Below, piece after piece: positions 14,338-24,429 of a stretch of 64,000 bases of DNA. The stretch is from Candidatus Dormiibacterota bacterium (GTDB taxonomy: Bacteria; Chloroflexota; Dormibacteria; Aeolococcales; Aeolococcaceae). The first letter of the stretch is position 1; each line of letters starts with the position of its first letter. The stretch is taken from contig CAVPXI010000007.1 of NCBI GenBank assembly GCA_963709585.1, positions 384,001 to 448,000 on the forward strand, in the 5' to 3' direction. The translations under genes and the position numbers were made by a program. The notes below the pieces were generated by a model. The model saw only the letters and a list, made by a program, of their open reading frames with translations. It was not told the DNA's origin and searched no databases.

Positions 14338-14982
14338 TCAGACCGATGCCGGCGCGGGCGCGGGGAGCACCCGCACGCGGTTGCCGTCGCGCCGGAGCCG
14401 GCCCGTGCACCAGAGCGCCACCGCGCGCGGGAGCAGCTCCCACTCGCTCTCGTGAATCCGGCGGCGCAGGGTCGCCGCGTCGTCGTCCATCTCGACCGGC
14501 ACCGCGGTCTGGAGGACGATCGGTCCGCCGTCAGCCTCGCCGCGCTCGAGCAGTTGCACCGTGCAGCCGGTCACGCGCACGCCCCGGGCGAGAGCCCGCT
14601 CGACGGCGTCCATCCCGCCGGCGAAGGCGGGTAGCAACGAGGGGTGCACGTTGAGGATGGCGTCGGGGTAGGCGTCGAGGAACTCGTCGCTGAGGATGCG
14701 GTCGTAGCCGGCACATACGACCAATCGCACCCCGGCGGCCTGGAACCGCCTGTGGATCTCGCGGTCCCTGGCGGTGGCGTCGCCGGCGAAGTCCGACTGG
14801 GGCAGTGCGATCGCGGGCACACCCCAGCCGAGGGCGACGTCGAGCGCATGAGCGCTGCGCCGGTTCGAGACCACGAGTGCCACGCGCGCGGGAAAGTCGG
14901 GATCCCTGCACGCCTGGAGGAGAGCGTCGAGGTTGGTTCCCTTTCCAGACACCAGCACCCCGACGGGGGTACGTTCGCTCAC
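14338..14982 (-). CDS. purN: Phosphoribosylglycinamide formyltransferase
   Basis: GVLVSGKGTNL, AGYDRIL, LNVHPSLLPAF, TGCTV, DGGPIVLQ; GTG start overlaps the purM stop. Confidence 0.94.
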   Translation of the reverse strand: MSERTPVGVLVSGKGTNLDALLQACRDPDFPARVALVVSNRRSAHALDVALGWGVPAIALPQSDFAGDATARDREIHRRFQAAGVRLVVCAGYDRILSDEFLDAYPDAILNVHPSLLPAFAGGMDAVERALARGVRVTGCTVQLLERGEADGGPIVLQTAVPVEMDDDAATLRRRIHESEWELLPRAVALWCTGRLRRDGNRVRVLPAPAPASV

Positions 14983-16001
14983 CGGAGGTTGACCCGCCGC
15001 GTGCCTGACTGGGGGACCACCTCGCCGATGCGCCAGACGGGAATGCCGGCGGCGGAGGCGATCGGGGGAACGTCGGGGGGAACGATCACCACCATGCCGA
15101 CACCCATGTTGAAGGTGCGCCACATCTCCTCGAGGTGGACGCCACCTGCCTGCTGGATGGCGGTGAAGAGCGGCGGAATGTTCCACGTGGAACGTTCGAT
15201 GGTCGCCGCGAGGCCGTCGGGGAGCACCCGGGGCACGTTGTCGATCACGCCACCCCCGGTGATGTGCGCCATCGCGCGCACATCGGTGAGCGTGCGCAGC
15301 TCGCGGATCGCCTGGAGGTAGCAGCGATGCGGCTCGAGCAGGAGGTCGACCAGCGGTCGGTCGGTGCCCGGGAGGACGTCGGACCATTGGAGCTCGTGCT
15401 CGGCGACGATGTGACGCACCAGCGAATACCCGTTGGTGTGCAGCCCGCTGCTCGGCAGCGCGAGGAGCACGTCACCGGCCTGGACGCGACTCCCGTCGAT
15501 GATCGCCTGGGCCTCGACGGAGCCGACGATGAAGCCCGCGATGTCGTAGTCACCGAGGGCGTACACGCCCGGCATCTCGGCCGTCTCGCCGCCGATGAGC
15601 GCGCACCCTGCGGCCCGGCAGGCCTCGGCGATCCCCTCGATGAGCTCCGCCAGATGCTCGGGCACGAGCTTGCCGGTGGCGTAGTAGTCGAGAAAGAAGA
15701 GCGGTTCGGCGCCGCAGCAGAGGATGTCGTTGACGCAGTGGTTGACGAGGTCGACGCCGATGCCGCGGTGGCGCCCGGTGGCGATCGCGATCTTCACCTT
15801 GGTGCCAACCGAGTCGGTGCTCGAGGCCAGCACGCGTCCATTGGGCGCTCCCGGCTCGAGGGCGAACAGCCCGCTGAACGCGCCGATCCCGCCAAGGACC
15901 TGCGCGGTGTGGGTCGACGCGATGCTGCGCCGGATCAGGCTGACGGCGCGGTTGCCCTCATCAATGTCGACGCCGGCGTCCGCGTAGCGAAGATCACCCA
16001 T
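14979..16001 (-). CDS. purM: Phosphoribosylformylglycinamidine cyclo-ligase (AIR synthetase)
   Basis: YADAGVDI, DSVGTK, CVNDI, GAEPLFFLDY, GGETAEMPG, SSGLHTNGYSL, HITGGG, TFNMGVG. Confidence 0.97.
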   Translation of the reverse strand: MGDLRYADAGVDIDEGNRAVSLIRRSIASTHTAQVLGGIGAFSGLFALEPGAPNGRVLASSTDSVGTKVKIAIATGRHRGIGVDLVNHCVNDILCCGAEPLFFLDYYATGKLVPEHLAELIEGIAEACRAAGCALIGGETAEMPGVYALGDYDIAGFIVGSVEAQAIIDGSRVQAGDVLLALPSSGLHTNGYSLVRHIVAEHELQWSDVLPGTDRPLVDLLLEPHRCYLQAIRELRTLTDVRAMAHITGGGVIDNVPRVLPDGLAATIERSTWNIPPLFTAIQQAGGVHLEEMWRTFNMGVGMVVIVPPDVPPIASAAGIPVWRIGEVVPQSGTRRVNLR

Positions 16002-16120
16002 CTGCTGAGAGTGTATCGACGGTCTCACAGGGGACGCGGAATGGCGACGAACATCGCAGGTCGCCGCAGCGGTGTCACCATGTAAGGGAACACGGCCAAG
16101 TCCAGGAATCCAACCATCTC

Positions 16121-17899
16121 GTGAACCCAACCGACACCTCGGACCCGAATTATTTCCATCGGGTCGTGGACTGCCAGTGGGCGTGCCCGGCCCACACCAA
16201 CGTCCCCGAGTACATCCGTCTGATCGCCCAGGGGCGCTACACCGACTCATACATGTCCAACCGCGAGTCCAACGTGTTTCCGGGGATCCTCGGGCGTACC
16301 TGCGACCGGCCCTGCGAGCCCGCGTGCCGGCGCACCAGGATCGACGGGTCCCCGGTGGCGATCTGCCGTCTCAAGCGCGTCGCCTCCGACCTCCGCGGGG
16401 ACATCGCCGATCGCCTCCCGGTGATCCCGACCATCAAGAGCGGGAGGCGCGTCGTCTGCGTCGGCGCCGGGCCGGCATCGCTCACCGTGGCCAACGACCT
16501 CATGCCGCTCGGCTACGACGTGGTCATCCTCGAGCAGCAACCCCAGCCCGGCGGCCTGATGCGCACCAACATCCCCGCGTTCCGGCTCCCGGCGGAGATC
16601 CTCGACGAGGAGATCGCGACCATCGTCGACATGGGCGTCGACCTCCGCTTGAACACCCCGGTGTCGAGCCTTCGCTCGCTGCTCGAGCAGGACTTCGATG
16701 CCGTCTTCATCGGCACCGGCGCGCCCCGTGGCAAGAACCTCGACATTCCCGGACGGCGCGAGAGCGACCGGATCCATATCGGCATCGACTGGCTGGAATC
16801 GGTCGCGTTCGGGCACACCGAGAAGATCGGCGAGCGCGTACTGATCATCGGCGTCGGCAACACGGCGATGGACTGCTGCCGCTCGTCGCTGCGCCTCGGT
16901 GGCACCGACATCAAGGTGATGGCCCGCCGCCCGCGCTCGTTCTTCAAAGCATCATCGTGGGAGCTCGAGGACGCCGAGGAGGAGGGTGTGGAGATCCTCG
17001 TCAACCATTCGCCGACGCGATTCGTCATCGAGGACGGCCTGCTCGTCGGGATGGAGTTTCAGCGCCTCGAATGGGACGAGCAGGCGCGCCACTCAACGGT
17101 GATCGATACCGTGGTGATCCCATGCGACGACGTCATCCTCGCGATCGGCCAGGAGAACGCGTTCCCCTGGATGGAGCGCGATCTCGGCCTCGAGGTCGGC
17201 GACTGGGACATGCCCGTGGTCGACCCGATCACCTTCCAGTCGTCGCTGCCGGGGGTCTTCTTCGGCGGGGACTCGGCGATGGGGCCGAAGAACATCATCT
17301 GGGCGGTCGAGCACGGTCACCAGGCAGCGATCTCGATGCACAACCACTGCGAAGGCATCTCGGTCAGCTCGCGGCCGCCCCAGGGCGTCAACCTGGTCAG
17401 CCAGAAGATGGGGCTCGCCGAGTGGAGCTACCACAACGACTACAACCCCTCGACGCGCCAGCGGATGCAGCACGTCGAGCTGACCCGACGGTTCCAGAGC
17501 ATCGGCACCGAGGTGGAGGTTGGGTTCTCCGCCGAGCAGACGGCGCGCGAGGTGCAGCGCTGTCTCAACTGCGACATTCAGACCGTATTCGCGGCACCGC
17601 TCTGCATCGAGTGCGACGCGTGCATCGACATCTGCCCGGTGCAGTGCCTGACCATCACCGAGAACGGTGACGAGGCCGATCTGCGCACCAGATTGATGGC
17701 GCCCGCCAGGAACCTCGACCAGGCCCTGTATGTCTCCGCGGCGCTGCCTCAGACCGGGCGCGTGATGGTCAAGGACGAGGATCTCTGCGTCCACTGCGGC
17801 CTCTGCGCCGAGCGGTGCCCGACCGCCGCGTGGGACATGCAGAAATTCGAGCTACTGATCCCGCTCGCGGTCTCAACACCTGTGCCGGTGGCGACCTGA
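16121..17899 (+). CDS. GltD-like FAD/NAD(P)H oxidoreductase with C-terminal 2x[4Fe-4S] ferredoxin domain
   Basis: DCQWACPAH, GRTCDRPCEPAC, GAGPA, GVGNTAMDC, C-terminal CIECDACIDICP and CVHCGLCAERCP. Confidence 0.88.
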   Translation: MNPTDTSDPNYFHRVVDCQWACPAHTNVPEYIRLIAQGRYTDSYMSNRESNVFPGILGRTCDRPCEPACRRTRIDGSPVAICRLKRVASDLRGDIADRLPVIPTIKSGRRVVCVGAGPASLTVANDLMPLGYDVVILEQQPQPGGLMRTNIPAFRLPAEILDEEIATIVDMGVDLRLNTPVSSLRSLLEQDFDAVFIGTGAPRGKNLDIPGRRESDRIHIGIDWLESVAFGHTEKIGERVLIIGVGNTAMDCCRSSLRLGGTDIKVMARRPRSFFKASSWELEDAEEEGVEILVNHSPTRFVIEDGLLVGMEFQRLEWDEQARHSTVIDTVVIPCDDVILAIGQENAFPWMERDLGLEVGDWDMPVVDPITFQSSLPGVFFGGDSAMGPKNIIWAVEHGHQAAISMHNHCEGISVSSRPPQGVNLVSQKMGLAEWSYHNDYNPSTRQRMQHVELTRRFQSIGTEVEVGFSAEQTAREVQRCLNCDIQTVFAAPLCIECDACIDICPVQCLTITENGDEADLRTRLMAPARNLDQALYVSAALPQTGRVMVKDEDLCVHCGLCAERCPTAAWDMQKFELLIPLAVSTPVPVAT

Positions 17900-17900
17900 C

Positions 17901-19719
17901 ATGGCAGCTGAGCGTTTCGCGCCGCCCCGTTCCAGGGTGAACGACTTCGCGTTGAAGCTCGCCAACGTCAACGGCACCGGGTCGTCGAGCGCCAACAACC
18001 TGCTGATGCGCGCGATCTTCCGGATGGGCGTGCCCGTCTCGGGCAAGAACCTGTTCCCGTCCAACATCCAGGGCCTGCCGACATGGTACGAGATCCGCGT
18101 CAACAAGGACGGGCACGTCGCCCGCGCCCGCGAGTACGACCTCATGGTGGCGATGAACGGGCAGACCTACGCACGCGACATCGCCGAGGTGGCAAGCGGC
18201 GGTTTCACGATGTACGACTCGTCGTGGCCGCTCGACCGTGACCTCATCCGCGAGGACGTGACCTACCTCGGGGTGCCGCTCGCGGAGATGTGCAACGACG
18301 AGTTCCGCGGACCACGCGAGCGCATCCTGATGAAGAACATCGCCTGCGCCGGGGCGCTCGTGGCCATGCTCGGCATCGATATGGAGGTGATCGCGCAACT
18401 GCTCACCGAGCAGTTCGCCGGTAAGGACCGGCTGCGCGAGTCCAATCAGCGCGCGCTCCGGCTCGGCCACGATTTCGCGACATCGCACTTCGACCACCCG
18501 CTGCCATGCCACATCGAGGCGATGGACGCGACCGAGGGCTCGATCCTCATCGACGGCAACACCGCGGCGGCGCTCGGCTGCGTCTACGCGGGCGCCACGG
18601 TCGCGGCCTGGTACCCGATCACGCCGTCGACGTCGCTCATGGACGCATTTGCGAAGTACTGCGCCAAGTTCCGGCGCGACCCCGAGACCGGGCGCAACAA
18701 CTACCTGGTACTGCAGGCCGAGGACGAGCTGGCCGCGATCGGCATGGTGCTTGGCGCATCGTGGGCGGGAGCGCGCGCGTTCACGTCGACGTCGGGCCCG
18801 GGCATCTCGTTGATGCAGGAGCTGCTCGGCATGGGCTATTACGCGGAGATTCCGGCGGTGGTGTTCGACGTCCAGCGGGTCGGCCCGTCGACGGGGATGC
18901 CCACTCGCGTGCAGCAGTCGGACATTCTGGCCTGCGCGTATGCGTCGCACGGCGACACCAAGCACGTGCTCCTGTTCCCGGCACATCCGGCCGAGTGCTT
19001 CGCGATGGCGGCGAATGCCTTCGACCTCGCGGAGCGTTTCCAGACTCCGGTGTTCGTGCTCTCCGACCTCGACATCGGCATGAACGACTGGGTGAGCCCC
19101 GCGCTGGAGTGGGACGACTCCTACGTTCCCGATCGCGGCCGCGTCCTCGATGCGGGCGAGCTGCGCGAGCTCGAGGTGTATCACCGCTACGAGCCGGCCG
19201 ACGCCGAGTTCGGTTGCGGCGCGCACGCTCCCGGGCGTGAGCGAGCTGGGTGCGTTTTTCACGCGCGGGTCGGGCCACACCATCGAGGGCGCGTACACCG
19301 AGTATCCCGAGGAGTACCAGGCGGTTCTCGACCGTCTCGCGCGCAAGCACACCGCATCCGCGGAGCACATTCCCCTTCCACTCGTGGACGACCACGCCCA
19401 CGCGTCACTCGGCATCGTCACCCTTGGCAGCTGTGAGCTGGCGGTCCTGGAGGCGGTCGAACTGCTCGCCAAACGCGAGATCGCCGCCGACTACATGCGC
19501 GTCCGCGGCTTCCCCTTCGGCGCCGGGGTGCGCGCCTTCCTCGACGCCCACGAGACGATCGTGGTCGTCGAGCAGAACCGTGACGGCCAGTTGCGCACGC
19601 TGCTCACCCTCGAGACGCCGGTGTCGAAGGAGAAGCTGCGCTCCGTGCTCGCCTACGGCGGGTATCCGTTGAGTGCCGAGGACGTCGTCGACGGCGTCAC
19701 CAAGATCCTGGAGGCCTGA
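17901..19719 (+). CDS. korA: 2-oxoacid:ferredoxin oxidoreductase alpha subunit; apparent +1 frameshift at 19206-19211
   Basis: FPSNIQGLPTW, AWYPITPSTS, QAEDELAAIG, TSGPGISLM, QRVGPSTGMPTR; VVEQNRDGQL in the second frame. Confidence 0.92.
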
Positions 19720-19721
19720 CC

Positions 19722-20771
19722 GTGCCATCGATCGTCAAGCCGCAGGTGACACACCCGGGCCTCGAGCGCAATGCGCTGGGGCTGAGCATCCGCGACTACG
19801 AAGGCGGGATGTCGACGCTGTGCGCGGGATGCGGACACGACTCGGTCACCGCGGCGATCACCCACGCGTTGTGGGAGAGCGATACGCCGCCACACATGAT
19901 CGCCAAGCTGAGCGGCATCGGCTGCTCGGCGAAGACCGCCGCGTACTTCGCGCGTGGCGCGCACGGGTTCAACGGCTGTCACGGACGCATGCCACCGATC
20001 GCAACCGGAGCGAGCGCCGCGAACCGCGACCTGCTCTGCATCGGAATCTCCGGTGACGGTGATTCACTGTCGATCGGGCTCGGCCACCTCGCGCACCTCG
20101 TGCGGCGCAACGTGCGCATGGTCTACGTCATCGAGAACAACGGCGTGTACGGGCTCACCAAGGGCCAGTTCTCGGCGTCGGCGGATGTTGGCTCGACCAC
20201 CAAGCGCGGCGAGGCCAATCACCTCCAGCCGATCGATCCGATCTTTCTCGGGCTGTCGGTGGGCGCGACCTTCCTCGCGCGCGGCTTCTCCGGCGACAAG
20301 CGTCAGTTGGTCCCGATCTTCCGCGCAGCGATGGCACATCGGGGGCTGTCGATCATCGACGTGATCTCGCCGTGCGTCACCTTCAACGACCACGAAGGTT
20401 CAACCAAGAGCTATCTCTTCACACGCCAGCACGACGTGCAGATGACGGTGACCGACTTCGTGCCACCCGCAGAGGAAATCTCCGCGACCATTCCCGACCA
20501 GGGCGTCGTGAGCATCCCGATGCACGACGGAGCAACGCTGCGCTTCCGGAGCGTTCCGGACGGCTACGACCCGACGGACCGGATGGCGGTGATGGAGCAC
20601 CTGATGTCGGCGCGTGGCCGTGGCGAAATTGTGACCGGTCTTCTGTACATCGACGAGCAGTCGTCGGACCTGCACGAGCTTGGCAACACCACAGATCTGC
20701 CGCTCACGCAGGTGCCGTACGAGAAGCTCTGCCCGGGCTCGGCGGCCTTGGCGGGCGTGGGTTTCCGCTAG
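19722..20771 (+). CDS. korB: 2-oxoacid:ferredoxin oxidoreductase beta subunit
   Basis: STLCAGCGH, SGIGCS, HGR, SGDGD, ENNGVYGLTKGQFS, ISPCVTFN. Confidence 0.93.
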   Translation: MPSIVKPQVTHPGLERNALGLSIRDYEGGMSTLCAGCGHDSVTAAITHALWESDTPPHMIAKLSGIGCSAKTAAYFARGAHGFNGCHGRMPPIATGASAANRDLLCIGISGDGDSLSIGLGHLAHLVRRNVRMVYVIENNGVYGLTKGQFSASADVGSTTKRGEANHLQPIDPIFLGLSVGATFLARGFSGDKRQLVPIFRAAMAHRGLSIIDVISPCVTFNDHEGSTKSYLFTRQHDVQMTVTDFVPPAEEISATIPDQGVVSIPMHDGATLRFRSVPDGYDPTDRMAVMEHLMSARGRGEIVTGLLYIDEQSSDLHELGNTTDLPLTQVPYEKLCPGSAALAGVGFR

Positions 20772-21068
20772 CCCGTTGATGGGCGATCCCACGTGGCCAT
20801 TTCATCCTTGAGGTTGATGGCCGAGCGACAGGACGCTGGCCTGTGCCGGACCAACCTCACTGGCTCCTGGCAGCATATCGTCCCAACGACATCTGAGCAC
20901 TTCGTGCAAGTCGTCGTTCGTCAGGTTTACGAGGCGGCCCGGTGAAGTGCTGAGGGCTTGATGTCTCCAGAGAGCATCCTGCGGCGAGGCAGCGTCTGAT
21001 ACTGTCGCGGGCGCCGATCGGAGATCGTCCGCACGGCCCTGCACGTCGCAACCACGCGGGAGCACCAC

Positions 21069-21674
21069 ATGCCAGACACCACTTGTCACATGTCGATCTC
21101 GCTTGACGGCTTCGTCGCCGGGCCAGACCAGAGCTTGGACAACCCGCTGGGGAAGCGGGGCCAGGAGTTGCACGGTTGGCACATCGGCGACCCGCGGGCG
21201 ACTGAGGCCGACAGGGTCGCGACCGAGTGGCTCATGCGCCCCCGTGGCGCGTATGTGATGGGGCGGAACATGTTCGGCCCGATCCGCGGGGACTGGGACG
21301 AGGAATGGACCGGCTGGTGGGGTCCGGAACCGCCGTATCACGCGCCGGTGTTCGTGCTGACCCATCACGATCGCGAGCCCATCCGGATGGACGGGGGGAC
21401 CACCTTCCACTTTGTCACCGAAGGGTTCGACGCGGCCTATTCCGCGGCATGTGAGACCGCCGGGGAAGCCGGCGTGGACATCGCTGGCGGGGCTTCGACC
21501 GTCCGGCAGGCGCTAGTAGCTGGGGTGATCGACGAGTTGACCCTCGACATCGCGCCTGTTCTGCTCGGTTCGGGCGAGCGCATCTTCGACGGGATCGAGT
21601 ATTTCGGCTTCGAGCCTGCCGAGGTCTTGCACTCGCCGCTGACCACCCACATCCGCTACCGCCGCATCCACTGA
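21069..21674 (+). CDS. Dihydrofolate reductase family (RibD C-terminal) protein
   Basis: MSISLDGFVAGP, MGRNMF, PVFVLTHH, IAGGASTVRQ, IDELTLDIAPVLLGSG. Confidence 0.88.
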   Translation: MPDTTCHMSISLDGFVAGPDQSLDNPLGKRGQELHGWHIGDPRATEADRVATEWLMRPRGAYVMGRNMFGPIRGDWDEEWTGWWGPEPPYHAPVFVLTHHDREPIRMDGGTTFHFVTEGFDAAYSAACETAGEAGVDIAGGASTVRQALVAGVIDELTLDIAPVLLGSGERIFDGIEYFGFEPAEVLHSPLTTHIRYRRIH

Positions 21675-21809
21675 CATGCGGCCGCGCTCCCTAACTCAGC
21701 AGCGCGATCAGTTGCCCGATTGATGGCGATCGTAAACCTACGCCGGCTAGAGCCGCAACGCATCCGCCCCTTCCGTCTGAAGTACCGTGACCTCGGCCCG
21801 TCCAAGCCG

Positions 21810-21837
21810 TCACGAGACATTGACGGATACTCGCCTG
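21810..21837 (+). repeat. 28-bp dispersed direct repeat, copy 1 (candidate recombination site)
   Basis: TCACGAGACAT-TGACGG-ATACTCGCCTG. Confidence 0.75.
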
Positions 21838-21931
21838 TGCAGGGAATGCCTTGCTTAGGTGGGTTGCCGGCCAGCCAGGACACGCCACCCCCGCGTGCGC
21901 TGCGCCTGTATCGGTTACCGTGTCGAGTGCG

Positions 21932-22663
21932 ATGCGCGCGGCGCTGATCGACGTTGGGGGGACCCTCTGGTCAGAGGGCACGGGCGGCGTCCAGCCCAGG
22001 GGCCACCACAGCGGCAGCAACCCCGTGGAGCGTCACGGCGTCGAATGGGAAGCCCGACTGTCGCAAGCTGATGTTCCCACGGACCGCGTCAGCGTCCTCC
22101 GTGAGAACCTTAGCCCCCTGGTCCAAATGGCGGTGGAGAACGCCGAGTACTTTGACATCTGGGCGGCGATCAGGGAGGCTTCCGCGATTGCCGGGCTGGC
22201 CAACATTGATGCTGAACGCATTCGCGCCGCCAGCTGCCTCCCAGCCTCCAGCTTCACAGCACCCTTCGTTGGAGCTCTCGATCTACTGACCGCACTACAT
22301 CACCATGACATCCGAGTCGTGCTCATATGCAATGCAATCTGGCGCACGAGCGACGACTACTGGAGCGACTTTCGGTCGTTCCGCCTGAGTGATCAGATCG
22401 ACGCCATCCTGTCGTCTGTCGACCTCAGGTCGCGAAAGCCCAGCCGAGCCTTCTTCGAGGCGGCACTTCAAGAAGCGGCGGCGCCGCCCATGGACTGTGT
22501 GGTCATTGCGAATTCCGAAGTCAGCGACATTGAGCCAGCCAAGGCGCTCGGGATGCGCGCCATTCGCGTTGCGATCGACGAGCCGCCGCCCCCAGCAACC
22601 AACGCCGACTACGTCTGTACGTCGCTCACCGAGGTAGAAACTGTCCTACATAAAGCCTGCTGA
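21932..22663 (+). CDS. HAD-superfamily hydrolase
   Basis: ALIDVGGTLW motif I, ICNA, RKPSRAFF, ANSEVSDIEPAKALGM. Confidence 0.8.
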   Translation: MRAALIDVGGTLWSEGTGGVQPRGHHSGSNPVERHGVEWEARLSQADVPTDRVSVLRENLSPLVQMAVENAEYFDIWAAIREASAIAGLANIDAERIRAASCLPASSFTAPFVGALDLLTALHHHDIRVVLICNAIWRTSDDYWSDFRSFRLSDQIDAILSSVDLRSRKPSRAFFEAALQEAAAPPMDCVVIANSEVSDIEPAKALGMRAIRVAIDEPPPPATNADYVCTSLTEVETVLHKAC

Positions 22664-22698
22664 CGGCCGCTGCCGAGGACCTTGTTCACTGCGTGCTT

Positions 22699-22725
22699 TC
22701 TGGGTACATTCTCCGCTCTCGGCTC
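22699..22725 (+). repeat. Degenerate copy of the 28-bp repeat
   Basis: TCTGGGTACAT-TCTCCG-CTCTCGGCTC; left arm 9/11 to consensus; about 35 bp after the HAD stop. Confidence 0.45.
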
Positions 22726-22903
22726 GAACGCGCCAGAGCGTACGGCGGGAGCGTCCAGAAGCTCGCAGGGACCCCACACGAATCGATTTCCAGCCGCCGA
22801 AGCGGGTCGGTCGATAGATCGCCCGTCCTCGAAGGCCTCAGCCTGGATAGACGCTCTGTTTTTCGCCAGCGTAAGTCATGACTGAGGACGAGGAAACCGA
22901 GGC

Positions 22904-22972
22904 GCTACCATCGCAGCTGGCGTCAGCGATCACGTCGTCTGGAAGATCGACGAGATCGTCACCCTCCGGGAC
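22904..22972 (+). pseudogene. Remnant of the C-terminus of an IS1-like DDE transposase
   Basis: Translates as ATIAAGVSDHVVWKIDEIVTL, resembling the TPAMAAGxxDHVWxxEEIV tail of IS1-related transposases; no upstream ORF. Confidence 0.5.
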
Positions 22973-22998
22973 TTCGCACCCTCGCTAACCTGGGAGCC

Positions 22999-23136
22999 GT
23001 GGACGACCGAGGAATCCGAGCTGCAAGACGGCGCGTCATCGTCCTCACTGTGGTCGCTGCTGTCCTGGGTCTCCCGCTCGTTTGGCTGCTGCTGGGCCTG
23101 TTTCACGGCATTGATTTCGGTTCGGCTGGCTTCTAG
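22999..23136 (+). CDS. 45-aa single-TM microprotein
   Basis: GGGAG RBS + GTG; MDDRGIRAARRRVIVLTVVAAVLGLPLVWLLLGLFHGIDFGSAGF (basic N-terminus then hydrophobic helix). Confidence 0.5.
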   Translation: MDDRGIRAARRRVIVLTVVAAVLGLPLVWLLLGLFHGIDFGSAGF

Positions 23137-23139
23137 CGC

Positions 23140-23277
23140 ATGAAGATCGGATCGCGCCGCGGTTGGGTGGTCGCGTTCGCCGTCGTCCTGGCGGGTATCG
23201 CCGCGGTCTATGTTGCGATGGACCTCGTGCTTACGGCGATCTCATGCGCTAGCGCCTCTGCGTGCGGCGGCGGATAG
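23140..23277 (+). CDS. 45-aa single-TM microprotein
   Basis: Starts 3 nt after the previous stop; MKIGSRRGWVVAFAVVLAGIAAVYVAMDLVLTAISCASASACGGG. Confidence 0.5.
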   Translation: MKIGSRRGWVVAFAVVLAGIAAVYVAMDLVLTAISCASASACGGG

Positions 23278-23639
23278 CCCCAAACGGCCACAGCACGGTC
23301 CGCCCCGGGTCGAGCAGAAGGAAGGAACGAGGGACAGACCGGAGCCTCATTCGGTCCGCCCTCACACATTGGAGCAGAGGAGTTGAGGAACACGAGCCGT
23401 GCTCAAGGCGGCGGCTCGCGTCCTCGCTCACGGAGGGGCTACGCCGCGTACTGGAATGAACCCGGCCGAATCTTGGCGAGCCAGTGGTTTGTCGCGATGT
23501 GGGTGCGACCTTCGAGAACGTGCACCGTCTTGTGGGTGTCCGGGTCCACGGCATCGAAGGTCTCGCGAGCGACGACGAGACCTCGGCCCCGATAGCCGTT
23601 GTGCGCGGTGGCGACCGTGTTGATTAGACGGCCCGGCGC

Positions 23640-23667
23640 TCAAGGTACATTTATGGACGCTGGCCTG
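23640..23667 (+). repeat. 28-bp dispersed direct repeat, copy 2
   Basis: TCAAGGTACAT-TTATGG-ACGCTGGCCTG. Confidence 0.9.
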
Positions 23668-23777
23668 GACCGATGTCCATTCGCCGGACTCGTGCTAAGA
23701 ACCCATGAGATCAGATCGTTGCTACGTAGTGTCGTGGCAGGCAGCCTCGCTCCATGAGATTAGGGCAGGATCGGAAC

Positions 23778-24089
23778 ATGGCCAAGGCTGGTGGACCCGA
23801 CAAAGACCGTGGTGGCAAGGTATCGCCGGACGGGTTGTTCATGTGGAACGGTACTGTCTGGCAGCGTTGCGGCGCGGTTCCGGTGAACACGCTAACCAAT
23901 GGGGGGTTCTATTTCGACGGCACCACTTGGATGGCCGTGCCTTCGCCTCCGTCGCCAGTGGCCCCTAGGCATCGTTTTGGACATTTCTCGCCGAGCTGGT
24001 GGTTCATTCCATTGGTGACCGTGGGCGTATTCGTGTTCACCGTCGCCGCGCTCATTCTCTTTGCTCTGTTGAGCCACGCGCACACCTAG
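23778..24089 (+). CDS. Hypothetical membrane protein with two xxDGxxxWxGxxW-like repeats and a C-terminal TM
   Basis: GCAGGA RBS; SPDGLFMWNGTVW / NGGFYFDGTTW; hydrophobic C-terminus. Confidence 0.65.
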   Translation: MAKAGGPDKDRGGKVSPDGLFMWNGTVWQRCGAVPVNTLTNGGFYFDGTTWMAVPSPPSPVAPRHRFGHFSPSWWFIPLVTVGVFVFTVAALILFALLSHAHT

Positions 24090-24156
24090 AGACCACTGTG
24101 GTCAGCCCGGGCTACGGCCGGTCGCCGACCCCGTGCCTGACGCGTGAACCGAAATC

Positions 24157-24184
24157 TCAAGGTACATTCGCGGATGCTGGCCTG
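24157..24184 (+). repeat. 28-bp dispersed direct repeat, copy 3
   Basis: TCAAGGTACAT-TCGCGG-ATGCTGGCCTG. Confidence 0.92.
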
Positions 24185-24429
24185 CACGAGGGTGCTCGAG
24201 GCTGAACCTTGACTAAGGTGGTGCAGGACGTTGATGGCGTTCGAATACAGGTCGTAGCCGCGGAACCGTCGACTTCTTGAGGTCGTGGAGGTCACCAGGT
24301 CCATCGAGCAGCCACATAAGCGAGGCCGACAGTCCCGCCCCAAAGCCCCCAACCAGAGCTACTCGCTCTAGGACAACCCGCGGTAAGGCTGGGTGGTGTT
24401 GGGCCAGCGCGTTCAGGAGGCTGAGGGCT

